Position numbers and translations under genes: made by a program. A stretch of 64,000 nt of DNA from an uncultured delta proteobacterium. Its GTDB lineage: Bacteria > Myxococcota > Myxococcia > Myxococcales > Myxococcaceae. The first letter of the stretch is position 1, and each line of letters begins with the position of its first letter. The notes under the pieces were generated by a model. The model saw nothing but the letters and a program-made list of their open reading frames with translations. It was not told the DNA's origin and ran no database searches. Where the stretch lies: contig CAVZMH010000003.1 of assembly GCA_963776345.1 (NCBI GenBank), positions 96,001 to 160,000 on the forward strand, read 5' to 3'. Below are positions 55,773 to 64,000 of the stretch, one piece after another.

Positions 55773-56180
55773 ATGGGCACCGAGGTCAGCTACGGATACA
55801 CCCGCACCCTCCCGGGGGTCGGATACGACGAGGCGGTGACGCGGGTCACCGAGGCCCTGAAGAAGGAGGGCTTCGGGGTCCTCACCAGCATCGACGTGAA
55901 GGAGACGCTGAAGCAGAAGCTGGGCGTGGACTTCCAGCGCTACGTCATCCTCGGCGCCTGCAACCCCCAGCTCGCGCATCGCGCGCTCACCATCGAGCCC
56001 GGGGTGGGGCTGCTCCTGCCCTGCAACGTGGTCGTCTCCGAGAGCCCCGAGGGCGCCGTGGTGCAGATGGTGAAGCCGGAGGCCATGCTCGGGGTGGTGG
56101 CTCGCAAGGACATCCTGCCCATCGCCCAGGAGGCCGACGCGCGCCTCCGCCGCGCCATGGAGCATCTGACCTCCCGCTGA
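55773..56180 (+). CDS. DUF302 family protein
   Basis: EGFGVLTSID, ILGACNP, GLLLPCNVVV. Confidence 0.88.
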   Translation: MGTEVSYGYTRTLPGVGYDEAVTRVTEALKKEGFGVLTSIDVKETLKQKLGVDFQRYVILGACNPQLAHRALTIEPGVGLLLPCNVVVSESPEGAVVQMVKPEAMLGVVARKDILPIAQEADARLRRAMEHLTSR

Positions 56181-56187
56181 GCGTCGC

Positions 56188-57312
56188 TCAGAGGAGGCGG
56201 CGCCCCAGATTCGGTCGCCCCTCGGCGATGCGTTCTGGCCGCAGCGAATGGACGTCGAGGGCCGGCGTGCGCCCGGCGAGCATCTCGGCCGCGAGCTGAC
56301 CGAGCGCGGGCGCGTGCATCACCCCGTGCCCGGACGAGCCATTCACCAGGAACAGGCGCTCGAGGCCCGGGGCAGGGCCGAGCAGCGCATGCTCGTCGGG
56401 GGACATCTCGTAGAGACCCGCATACGTGGACTCGATCGGAACGCCGGCCAGCGATGGGACCCGCTCCGCCGCCGCCGCGACGACCCGCCGGGTCCACTCC
56501 GGGTCGACCGAGACGTCGAACGGGTCCGCGGGTCCGTCATCGGGCCAGAGGAGGAGCACCCGCCCGTCCCGGACCCGGAGGTGGAAACCGTCCGGGAAGA
56601 TGATCATCGGCATCGACGCGGGGAGCATGTCGGTGGGGGCCGTCACCGCGACCTGGCGACGGAGCGGGTGGACCGGGACCTCGACGCCGGCCATCGCCCC
56701 GAGCCGCGCGGCCCAGGCCCCCGCGGCGTTGACCACCACCCCGGCCTCGTGCACCCCGGCCGACGTCTCGACGCGCAGCCCGTGCTTCGTCCGCCGGAGC
56801 GCGGTCACCTCGGCGCCGAGGCGCTCCACCCCGGCGCGCAGGGCAGACTCCATGTACCCCCGCCGGATCTCCAGCGGACGGATGAAGCCGTCCTTCGGCG
56901 AGAACGCCCCGGCCACCACGCCGTGCGGACGGACCCACGGAGCGAGGCGGTGGAGGTCGTCGGGGCCCACCAGCGCCGCGTCGTCGCAGCCGGCCGAGCG
57001 CTGCACCTCGATCGCCAGGGACAGCTGCCGCCGCTGCGCCTCGCTCCCGGCGAGGAAGAGGTACCCGGCCTGCCGGTAGCCCGGGTCGACGCCCGTCTCT
57101 TCCTGGAACGCGAGCAGCTTCCGCCGCGAGAGGAGCGAGAGCCGGACGTTCACCTCGGTGCCGAACTGCGCGCGGAAGCCCCCGGTGGCGCGCTCGGTGC
57201 TCCCGCCGCCGCGGTCGACCACCAGGATGCGCCCGGCCCCGCCCCGGGCCAGGTGGTGGGCCACGCTCCAGCCCACCACGCCGCCGCCGGCGACGAGGAC
57301 GTCCCAGCTCAC
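56188..57312 (-). CDS. FAD-dependent oxidoreductase (DAO / sarcosine oxidase beta family)
   Basis: GGGVVG, GST, AAGAWA, AGLYEMSPD, GSSGHGVM. Confidence 0.9.
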   Translation of the reverse strand: MSWDVLVAGGGVVGWSVAHHLARGGAGRILVVDRGGGSTERATGGFRAQFGTEVNVRLSLLSRRKLLAFQEETGVDPGYRQAGYLFLAGSEAQRRQLSLAIEVQRSAGCDDAALVGPDDLHRLAPWVRPHGVVAGAFSPKDGFIRPLEIRRGYMESALRAGVERLGAEVTALRRTKHGLRVETSAGVHEAGVVVNAAGAWAARLGAMAGVEVPVHPLRRQVAVTAPTDMLPASMPMIIFPDGFHLRVRDGRVLLLWPDDGPADPFDVSVDPEWTRRVVAAAAERVPSLAGVPIESTYAGLYEMSPDEHALLGPAPGLERLFLVNGSSGHGVMHAPALGQLAAEMLAGRTPALDVHSLRPERIAEGRPNLGRRLL

Positions 57313-57725
57313 CGCGCGTAGACCGCGTCGGGGTTCCGGAACGTCTTCAGCTCCAGCGCATTCCCGCTCGGGTCCAGGAGGAACATGGTGGCCTGCTCCT
57401 CCGGCTTGCCCCGGTACCGCACCGATGGCGGGACGACGAACCGCACCCCGGCGGATTCGAGCCGGCGGGCGAGCGCGTCGAAGTCGTCCCACGGGAGCAG
57501 CGCGCCGGCATGGGGGATGGGGACCTCGACGCCGTCCACGTGCCCGAACGCGCCCGGGGGCGATGGCTTACCGAGGTGGGCGGAGATCTGGTTGCCGAAG
57601 AAGTCGAAGTCCACCCAGGTCTCCGTCGAGCGGCCCTCGGTGCAGCCGAGCAGCCCCCCGTAGAAGGCGCGGGTGGAGGCGAGGTCCTTCACCGGAAAGG
57701 CAAAGTGAAAGGGCAGGTGGCTCAC
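57309..57725 (-). CDS. VOC/glyoxalase family protein
   Basis: PFHFAFPVKDL, WVDFDFFGNQ, DPSGNALELK. Confidence 0.9.
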   Translation of the reverse strand: MSHLPFHFAFPVKDLASTRAFYGGLLGCTEGRSTETWVDFDFFGNQISAHLGKPSPPGAFGHVDGVEVPIPHAGALLPWDDFDALARRLESAGVRFVVPPSVRYRGKPEEQATMFLLDPSGNALELKTFRNPDAVYAR

Positions 57726-57846
57726 CGGACCTCGAGCAAAGCGCTGCCCCCCGCCGCGCGCAATCCCGGCCCCCGGGGCACGCGGTCGCCCGGGGCCGGC
57801 GGCGCTCGAAAGGAGGAGCAGGTCCAGCCCGGGGGAGAGCGCCCCG

Positions 57847-58482
57847 TCAGCTCCCGTCGGCGGGCTCACGGCGGGCGAGGAGCCCCAGCCGGACGTGCTC
57901 CTCGCGCTCCCGCTCGTCGAGCGCCGAGCGGACGCGCGCCGCCTGACGCCGCAGGCCGGGCGCGACCCGGCGCTCCAGACGGTTCACCTGGCGGGTCGTC
58001 TGGGCGAGCGCCTCCCCGAGCCGCCGGAGCAGCATCTCGCGAGGCGCGGCGCGGACCAAGAGGTCGGTGAGCCGCTCGAATGCCTCGGCCGCCTCCACCG
58101 CCGCCGGCACCGGCCCCGGGGGGAGCCCGCGCGCGGCGAGGGTGCGGACGATGGGCCCGGCGGCCTCGAGGTCCGCCACCGGCACCCCCCAGACCACCCG
58201 CGCCGTCACCCGCACCGCCAGCTCACGCGAGGGCCAGGCCAGGCCGGTCAGCGCCCCGGCGCCCTCGGCGGCCAGCGCATCGAGGTACACCGGCCACGCC
58301 GCGCGGGCCTGGGCGTCGATCTGCTCGCGGGTGTCCAGCGCCGAGCGCGCCAGCGAGAACAGCTCGGCCACCAGCGCCTCGCGCTTCCTGCGGAGGAGCG
58401 ACGTGCCTCGATCCAGGCGCTCGAGCCGCCGCTGCGCCCGGAGGAGCCCGAGCCGCGTCGCCGGCAGCCGGACCTCGCTCAC
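57847..58482 (-). CDS. V/A-type ATPase subunit D
   Basis: PATRLGLL..LLRRKREAL..TTRQVNRLE..LDEREREE. Confidence 0.9.
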   Translation of the reverse strand: MSEVRLPATRLGLLRAQRRLERLDRGTSLLRRKREALVAELFSLARSALDTREQIDAQARAAWPVYLDALAAEGAGALTGLAWPSRELAVRVTARVVWGVPVADLEAAGPIVRTLAARGLPPGPVPAAVEAAEAFERLTDLLVRAAPREMLLRRLGEALAQTTRQVNRLERRVAPGLRRQAARVRSALDEREREEHVRLGLLARREPADGS

Positions 58483-59861
58483 CGCCGCGCTCCTCCGCCG
58501 AAGCGGCGCTCCCACGTGGCCTCGCGGATGCGCACCAGGTCCTCGCGGGGGAACCCCTCCATCAGCGACCAGCCCACCTCCAGCGTCTCGGACAAGGTGC
58601 GACGGGCGCGGCCCTGGCCGACCAGCGTGTGCTCGAACCGGTCCACGAAGGCCAGCGCCCGGCGGTCCGCGGGGAGCAGCCCGGTCTCGCCGACGATGGT
58701 GGCCATCAGCCGCGCCTCGGTGCCCCTGGCGTACAGCGCGTAGAGCTGGTCCGCCCACTCGCGGTGCTCCGGCGCGCTCCGGCCCTCGCCGATCCCGGCG
58801 TTCATCAGCCGCGACAGCGAGGGCAGCACGTCGATGGGCGGAAAGACGCCCCGGCGGTGGAGGTCGCGGCCCAGCACCACCTGGCCCTCGGTGATGTAGC
58901 CGGTGAGGTCGGGGATGGGGTGGGTGAGGTCGTCGTCCGGCATGGTGAGCACCGGGAGCTGGGTCACCGAGCCGCTCCGCCCACGGACCAGCCCTGCGCG
59001 CTCGAAGAGCGAGGCCAGGTCGGTGTACATGTAGCCCGGATAGCCGCGCCGGCCCGGAATCTCCTGCCGCGCGGTGGCCAGCTCCCGCAGCGCCTCGCAG
59101 TAGCTGGTGATGTCGGCCATCACCACCAGCACGTGCAGCCCGTGCTCGTAGGCCAGGAACTCGGCCTCGGCCAGCGCCACTCGCGGCGCGAGCAGCCGCT
59201 CGATGGTCGGGTCACGGGCCTCGTTGAGGAACACCACGCTGCGCTCCAGCGCGCCGCTGGACTCGAACCGCTCCAGGAACTCGCCCGCCTCGCGCGAGGT
59301 GATGCCGATCCCGACGAAGACCACCGCGAAGGGCTCGCCCTTGGGCGCGCGGGCCCACTCCACGATGCGCGCCGCCAGCTCCAGCGCCGGCAGCCCCGGG
59401 CCGGAGAAGATGGGCAGCTTCTGCCCGCGGACCAGGGTGTTCATCCCGTCGATGGCCGAGACGCCGGTCTCGATGAGCTCCTTGGGCGGCAGCCGCGCGG
59501 CGGGGTTCAAGGGAGCGCCCCCGAGCGGCCGGAGCGCCTCGCCCACCGGCGGCGGCAGCCCGTCGAGCGGAGCTCCGAGCCCGCTGAACACCCGGCCCAG
59601 GAGCTCGCGGCCCACCACCGCCCGCGCCACGTCCCCCTTGAAGTCGAGCCGGGCGCGCCCGGGCACGAGCCCCAGGCCTTCCTCGAGCAGCTGGAGCACC
59701 GTGTGCCGCTCGCCGGCGTCGATGACCTGAGCCTGCCAGCGGCGGCCCTCGAGCACGATCTCCACCTGCTCGCTGAGCGCGACGCGCCGGACGTGCTCCA
59801 CGAAGATCAGCGGCCCGCGGATGCCGGTGGCGCCGGCCACGGTGCGCGGGAGCGCGCTCAT
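58479..59861 (-). CDS. V/A-type ATPase subunit B
   Basis: [39 protein letters not shown]. Confidence 0.95.
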   Translation of the reverse strand: MSALPRTVAGATGIRGPLIFVEHVRRVALSEQVEIVLEGRRWQAQVIDAGERHTVLQLLEEGLGLVPGRARLDFKGDVARAVVGRELLGRVFSGLGAPLDGLPPPVGEALRPLGGAPLNPAARLPPKELIETGVSAIDGMNTLVRGQKLPIFSGPGLPALELAARIVEWARAPKGEPFAVVFVGIGITSREAGEFLERFESSGALERSVVFLNEARDPTIERLLAPRVALAEAEFLAYEHGLHVLVVMADITSYCEALRELATARQEIPGRRGYPGYMYTDLASLFERAGLVRGRSGSVTQLPVLTMPDDDLTHPIPDLTGYITEGQVVLGRDLHRRGVFPPIDVLPSLSRLMNAGIGEGRSAPEHREWADQLYALYARGTEARLMATIVGETGLLPADRRALAFVDRFEHTLVGQGRARRTLSETLEVGWSLMEGFPREDLVRIREATWERRFGGGARR

Positions 59862-61608
59862 CGCGAGGTCTCTCCTGGTGGCGAGAGCCGGTCCAGCGCG
59901 GCCGCGGCCTCGGCGGCCCTGGCGGAAAGCTCGTCCGGCCCGCCGTCGCGGAGGGCGACCAGCGCGCGGCGGAGCGGGCCCAGGTCCAGCTCGGAGAGCG
60001 CGGTTCCGGCCTGCAGGCGCGGGAGCACCCGGTCCGCGACGCCGCAGGCCAGCGACGCCAGCTGGAAGGTCTTCTGGGGCGTCGAGCGCGCGTCGTTGGG
60101 ATGGTAAGCGCTCTGGCCGAGCACCACCTCGCGGAGGAGCTGGGCCACCGCGAGCACCAGCCGGTCCGGGTCCTGGAGCGCCTCGGGGCCGATGAGGCCG
60201 GCGATCTCCCGGAGCTCCCGGTCGCGCTGGAGCAGCTCGAGGGTCCGCGCGCGGACCGCCGCCCAGCGGCCGTCCACCGCCTCGGCGAACCACGGCGTGG
60301 TGTGCTCGGCGTGCAGGCTGTAGCTGGTGGCCCAGTCCACGGCCGGGAACTGGCGCTGGTGGGCCAGCTCGGCGTCGAGCGCCCAGAGCGTGCCTGCGAC
60401 CCGCAGCTGGCCTGGCTCACCGGCTCGGAGAGGTCCCCGCCCGGGGGGGACACCGCGCTGATGAGCGTCAGCGCCCCCTCGCGCTCGGGCCGTCCGGCCG
60501 GCTTCACCCGTCCGGCGCGCTCGTAGAACTTCGCCAGGCGGCTCGCGAGGTAGGTGGGGTAGCCCTCCTCGCCGGGCATCTCCTGCAACCGGGCGCCGAT
60601 CTCCCGGAGCGCCTCCGCCCAGCGGGAGAGGCTGTCCGCCATCAGCGCGACGCGCAGCCCGAGGTCCCGGAAGTACTCGGCGATGGTGACACCCAGGTAC
60701 ACCGAGGCCTCGCGGGCGGCGACCGGCATGTTGGAGGTGTTCACCACCATCACCGTGCGGTCCATGATCGACCGGCCGGTGCGCGGGTCGCTCAGCCTCG
60801 GGAACTCGGAGAGCACCTCGGCCATCTCGTTCCCGCGCTCGCCGCACCCGACGTAGACCACCACGTCGGCGTCGCCGTGCTTGGCCAGCGACTGCTCGAT
60901 GACCGTCTTCCCCGTGCCGAAGCCGCCTGGAACGGCCACCGTCCCGCCCTCGGCGACGGGGAAGAGGAGGTCGAGGATGCGCTGGCCGGTCAGGAACGGC
61001 CGCCCGAGCGGCAGCCGCCCGCCGACCGGACGGGGTCGGCGCACGGGCCAGGGGTGCGAGAGGCGGAGCGGCGTGCCGTCCTCGAGCGTTCCGAACGGCT
61101 GGTCCACGGTGAAGTCGCCGCCTCCCAGCGAGCGGACGGTGCCTTCGACTCCGGGCGGCACGAGGATGCGGTGCGCGAAGCCGGGGCGCTCCTCCACGGA
61201 GCCGAGCACGTCGCCGCCCCGGACCCGGGCGCCCGCCTCGACCGCCGGGACGAAGCGCCAGCTCCTCGCCGGGTCGAGCATGCGCAGCTCACGGCCGGGG
61301 GGGACGAAGGGCCCGGTCTCGGCGGCGAGCACGTCCAGGGGGCGCCCGAGCCCATCGAGGATGGACCCGAGCAGCCCGGGACCAAGCTCGGCCTGCAGGG
61401 TGCCCCCGGTCGTGGTCACCGGCTCTCCCACCGCCAGCCCGGTCGTGTCCTCGTAGACCTGGAGGACCGCGACCTCGCCCGCGAGGCCAATCACCTCGGC
61501 GAGGAGCCTGGCCTCGCCCACGTGGGCCAGCTCGTACAGCGCCACCCCGGACGCCGGCGCGGCCTCGACCAGCGAGCCGTTCACCCTCAGGACGCGCAGG
61601 GGACTCAT
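59858..61608 (-). CDS. V/A-type ATPase subunit A, frameshifted at ~60406 (1 nt missing)
   Basis: [16 protein letters not shown] and [15 protein letters not shown], then [25 protein letters not shown] continuing in another frame. Confidence 0.93.
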
Positions 61609-61934
61609 CGCAGCCGCACCTGGTAGCCGATGGCCCGGCGGAGGAGCTCCACGATGACCTGGTCCGCGGCAGCGTGCTCGACCCAGCTCGGCGCGGGGAC
61701 CGGCACCACCAGCGGGACGGGCCGGGCGGACAGGCGCCGCTGCAGCTCGGGGTCGAGGCCGTCGTACAGAGGCCCCTCGATGAGCACCAGGCCGACCCGG
61801 GCGTCGGACAGGAGCGCCGTCAACCGCCGGCCCGCATCCTGGGCGTCCGCCACCGCCAGCGGACGGAAGCCCGCCAGGGCGAAGGCCGGCGCCACCTCGG
61901 GCCGGCTGATGAGCGCCACCCGGAGCTCGCTCAT
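61605..61934 (-). CDS. V/A-type ATPase subunit F
   Basis: [24 protein letters not shown]; operon position. Confidence 0.85.
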   Translation of the reverse strand: MSELRVALISRPEVAPAFALAGFRPLAVADAQDAGRRLTALLSDARVGLVLIEGPLYDGLDPELQRRLSARPVPLVVPVPAPSWVEHAAADQVIVELLRRAIGYQVRLR

Positions 61935-62936
61935 CTCGGCCCCCGTCGCGCCGGTGGGGGCGCTCCCAGCGCCACCGCCCAGACGAGCCGCTGGAGCGCC
62001 TGGACCTCGTCGCGGACCCCGAGCACGTAGGCGATGAGCGGCGCCGAGCTCAGCGGCGCGGTGCGAGCGCGGGCCCGCGCGATGCCCAGCGCCGCCGCCC
62101 AGGCGCGCGCCCGTGCGAGCGCGGCCCCTCCCGCGCCGGAGAAGGCGCGCTCGAACGGCGAGCCGGCGAAGCCCTCGCGGGCCAGCGCCAGCGCCGCCGC
62201 GACCGAGCCCGCAGCGGCGATGGTCTTCCACCGCGCGAGCGGGAACCGCACCCCGCCGGGGACGGGCTCGAGCTCCGGGCGGTCGCCGGTGCTGCCGGCC
62301 AGCATCACCGCGGTGAGCGTGTTCTCGAGGTCGATGGTCGCGGCGACGTACCGGCGGAGCTCGGCATCCACCCGGCCGGCTGCCGCGGTGGCGCGCGACG
62401 CCCAGGAGCGGGTGAGCGCCGAGTCCAGCGCGAGCAGATCCGGTGGTCCGGGCGCCCGGGGGGTGGCGAGCGCGTCGGCGTCGGGGTGACGCCAGGCGGC
62501 GAGAAGTGCCGCCATCGCCGGGACCGTGGTCTGGGCCGCCAGGGTGGCCAGGGCGCCGGTGGGCAGGGTCGGGGTGGGCAGCGTCCCCCGGAGGCGGTCC
62601 GCCGGCGCGGCGCCCTCGACCACGCCGTGGAGCAACAGCCGCAGGTCGCGCCGGTCCTCCTCTCCGAGCAGCACGGTGAGGACGTCCGGCAGCGTCCGCG
62701 CACCAGCGGGCGAGCGCCAGGAGCCGCGCTCCGGCCCGGCGGCGGATGGCGGCCTCCAGCGCCTCGGCGGTGGGAGCGCCTGGACCGGCCAGGACGAGCG
62801 GGTCTGGCCCCGTGCGGAGCCGCTCGGCCACCACGGCGAGGTCCGGCGCGGCCCGCAGCTCGTCCCAGGCGGCGGGCAGGAGCAGGTGCGTGGACAGCCC
62901 GCGCGCACGGGCGATGCCGGCGTCCAGGGCGCTCAT
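61931..62936 (-). CDS. V/A-type ATPase subunit C (d), frameshifted at ~62700
   Basis: [11 protein letters not shown], then [11 protein letters not shown] and IDLEN in the second frame; operon position. Confidence 0.75.
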
Positions 62937-63514
62937 CCCGTCGCCTCCAGCGCCGGCCCGAGCGCGATGGCCAGCGCGGGTCGCTCCAGCGCCAGCCGGA
63001 CCGGGAGGGTGAGGTCGACCGTGAGCCGGCCCTCGTCGGCAGTGCAGTGCAGGCCTGCCACCACCTCGGGCGAGGGGACCACGGTCAGCGCCGAGCCAGA
63101 GGTCCAGCCGCGCACCCGGTCCGCATCGTCCGGCGCGCAGCGCAGCGTGCCGGGGTCGGCTCCCAGCAACTCGCGGAGACGCCCGATGGTGGTCTCCAGC
63201 GCCTGCGCGTACTCGGGCCAGCCCAGGACTCCGGGAGCGCGCGCCCGCGCGGCCTCGAACACCCGGTCGAGGAGCGCCGCCCGTGCACGCAGCAGACGCG
63301 CGGCGGCCTCGCGCCGCAGCGCCACCCGCCTCCGCTCCGAGGCCTGACGGAGCCGGGCGCGCTCGCCATCGAGGATGCGCCTGAGCTTCTCGTCGGCCTC
63401 GGCGCGCGCGGTGGAGCGGATGGCCTCCGCCTCGCCGCGGGCGGCGGACAGCAGCCCGGCGACCTCCTCCTCGTTCGAGCGCTCCAGCGCCTCGAGCAGG
63501 TCCGGCAGGGGCAA
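62933..63514 (-). CDS. V/A-type ATPase subunit E
   Basis: Coiled-coil N-terminus; GL..DEGRLTVDLTL; position between K and C. Confidence 0.75.
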   Translation of the reverse strand: MPLPDLLEALERSNEEEVAGLLSAARGEAEAIRSTARAEADEKLRRILDGERARLRQASERRRVALRREAAARLLRARAALLDRVFEAARARAPGVLGWPEYAQALETTIGRLRELLGADPGTLRCAPDDADRVRGWTSGSALTVVPSPEVVAGLHCTADEGRLTVDLTLPVRLALERPALAIALGPALEATG

Positions 63515-63516
63515 GA

Positions 63517-63738
63517 TCAGCCCCCGGCGCGGAGCATGATGAACATCGCCACCACGAAGCCGAGGATGGACATCGTCTCCGGGATGGCGAGCATCACGAT
63601 GACCGTGGTGCTCAGCTCGGGCTTCTCCGCGAGGCTCGCCGCGGCCGCCGGACCGATGCGCGACTGTGCCCAGGCGGTTGCCAGGGCGGGGACGGCGATG
63701 GCCGCCGCGGCGCTGAGGGTGATCCAGAAGATCTGCAT
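63517..63738 (-). CDS. V/A-type ATPase subunit K/c (single hairpin)
   Basis: AQSRIG..EKPE..AIPET with the ion-binding Glu. Confidence 0.92.
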   Translation of the reverse strand: MQIFWITLSAAAAIAVPALATAWAQSRIGPAAAASLAEKPELSTTVIVMLAIPETMSILGFVVAMFIMLRAGG

Positions 63739-64000
63739 CAGTGCGTCCTCCAGTGGGTGAATGGGCGGTACCGCACCCCTCCCGGGCTGTAGAAGCGCCC
63801 GAAGAACTCGACGTAGTGCAGACGGAGCGCGTGGACGGTGGGGCTGAAGAGCCCGAGCGCGAAGTTCACCAGGTGGAAGAGCAGGGCGAAGATGGCGCCC
63901 ACCACCACGCTGCCCATCGCCCCGGCGAGCCGGTTGGCGATGACGGCCAGCATCACCGACGCGGTCCCCAGGGCCATGATGCGGGCGTAGGAGAGGATGT
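63738..64000 (-). CDS. V/A-type ATPase subunit I, 3' part (truncated by the window edge)
   Basis: ILSYARIMALG, HALRLHYVEFFGRFY. Confidence 0.92.
   Translation of the reverse strand, partial: ILSYARIMALGTASVMLAVIANRLAGAMGSVVVGAIFALLFHLVNFALGLFSPTVHALRLHYVEFFGRFYSPGGVRYRPFTHWRTH

Noticed and set aside
1..64000. CRISPR array, rRNA, transposase, toxin or defence genes
   Set aside because: No regularly spaced direct repeats or recognisable motifs seen; the repetitiveness in 1941-11228 is protein-level TPR repetition.

Overview
A very GC-rich bacterial window, most likely Myxococcota, because it carries gliding-motility genes of the agmK/gltI and agmX/gltJ type and a TIGR04552-like gene. The left part (1-17.4 kb) has small membrane proteins, an ECF sigma factor, the two gliding genes, ffh and tRNA-Leu(UAA). 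Downstream of the tRNA is a ~46 kb block dominated by energy and metal genes. It opens with a cupredoxin-like gene and a degenerate SCO gene. Next is an operon starting with a Cyc2-type monoheme cytochrome-porin fusion, followed by diheme cytochromes c and an A-family heme-copper oxidase that lacks the canonical K-channel Lys. Then come MarR, a CDF transporter, antiporters with MscS, a TonB receptor preceded by a His-rich putative leader peptide, HupE/UreJ, and a MacAB-type ABC system interrupted by a 180-bp MITE-like element. The block ends with hypFCDE plus a stand-alone crotonase, a group 1 [NiFe]-hydrogenase, and a V/A-type ATPase operon that runs off the right edge. The most notable candidate system is the Cyc2-cytochrome c-oxidase operon, a possible extracellular electron uptake or Fe(II)-oxidation chain in a myxobacterium. 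Five genes carry single-base frameshifts, probably from assembly error. All calls come from motif recognition by eye; no database searches were run.
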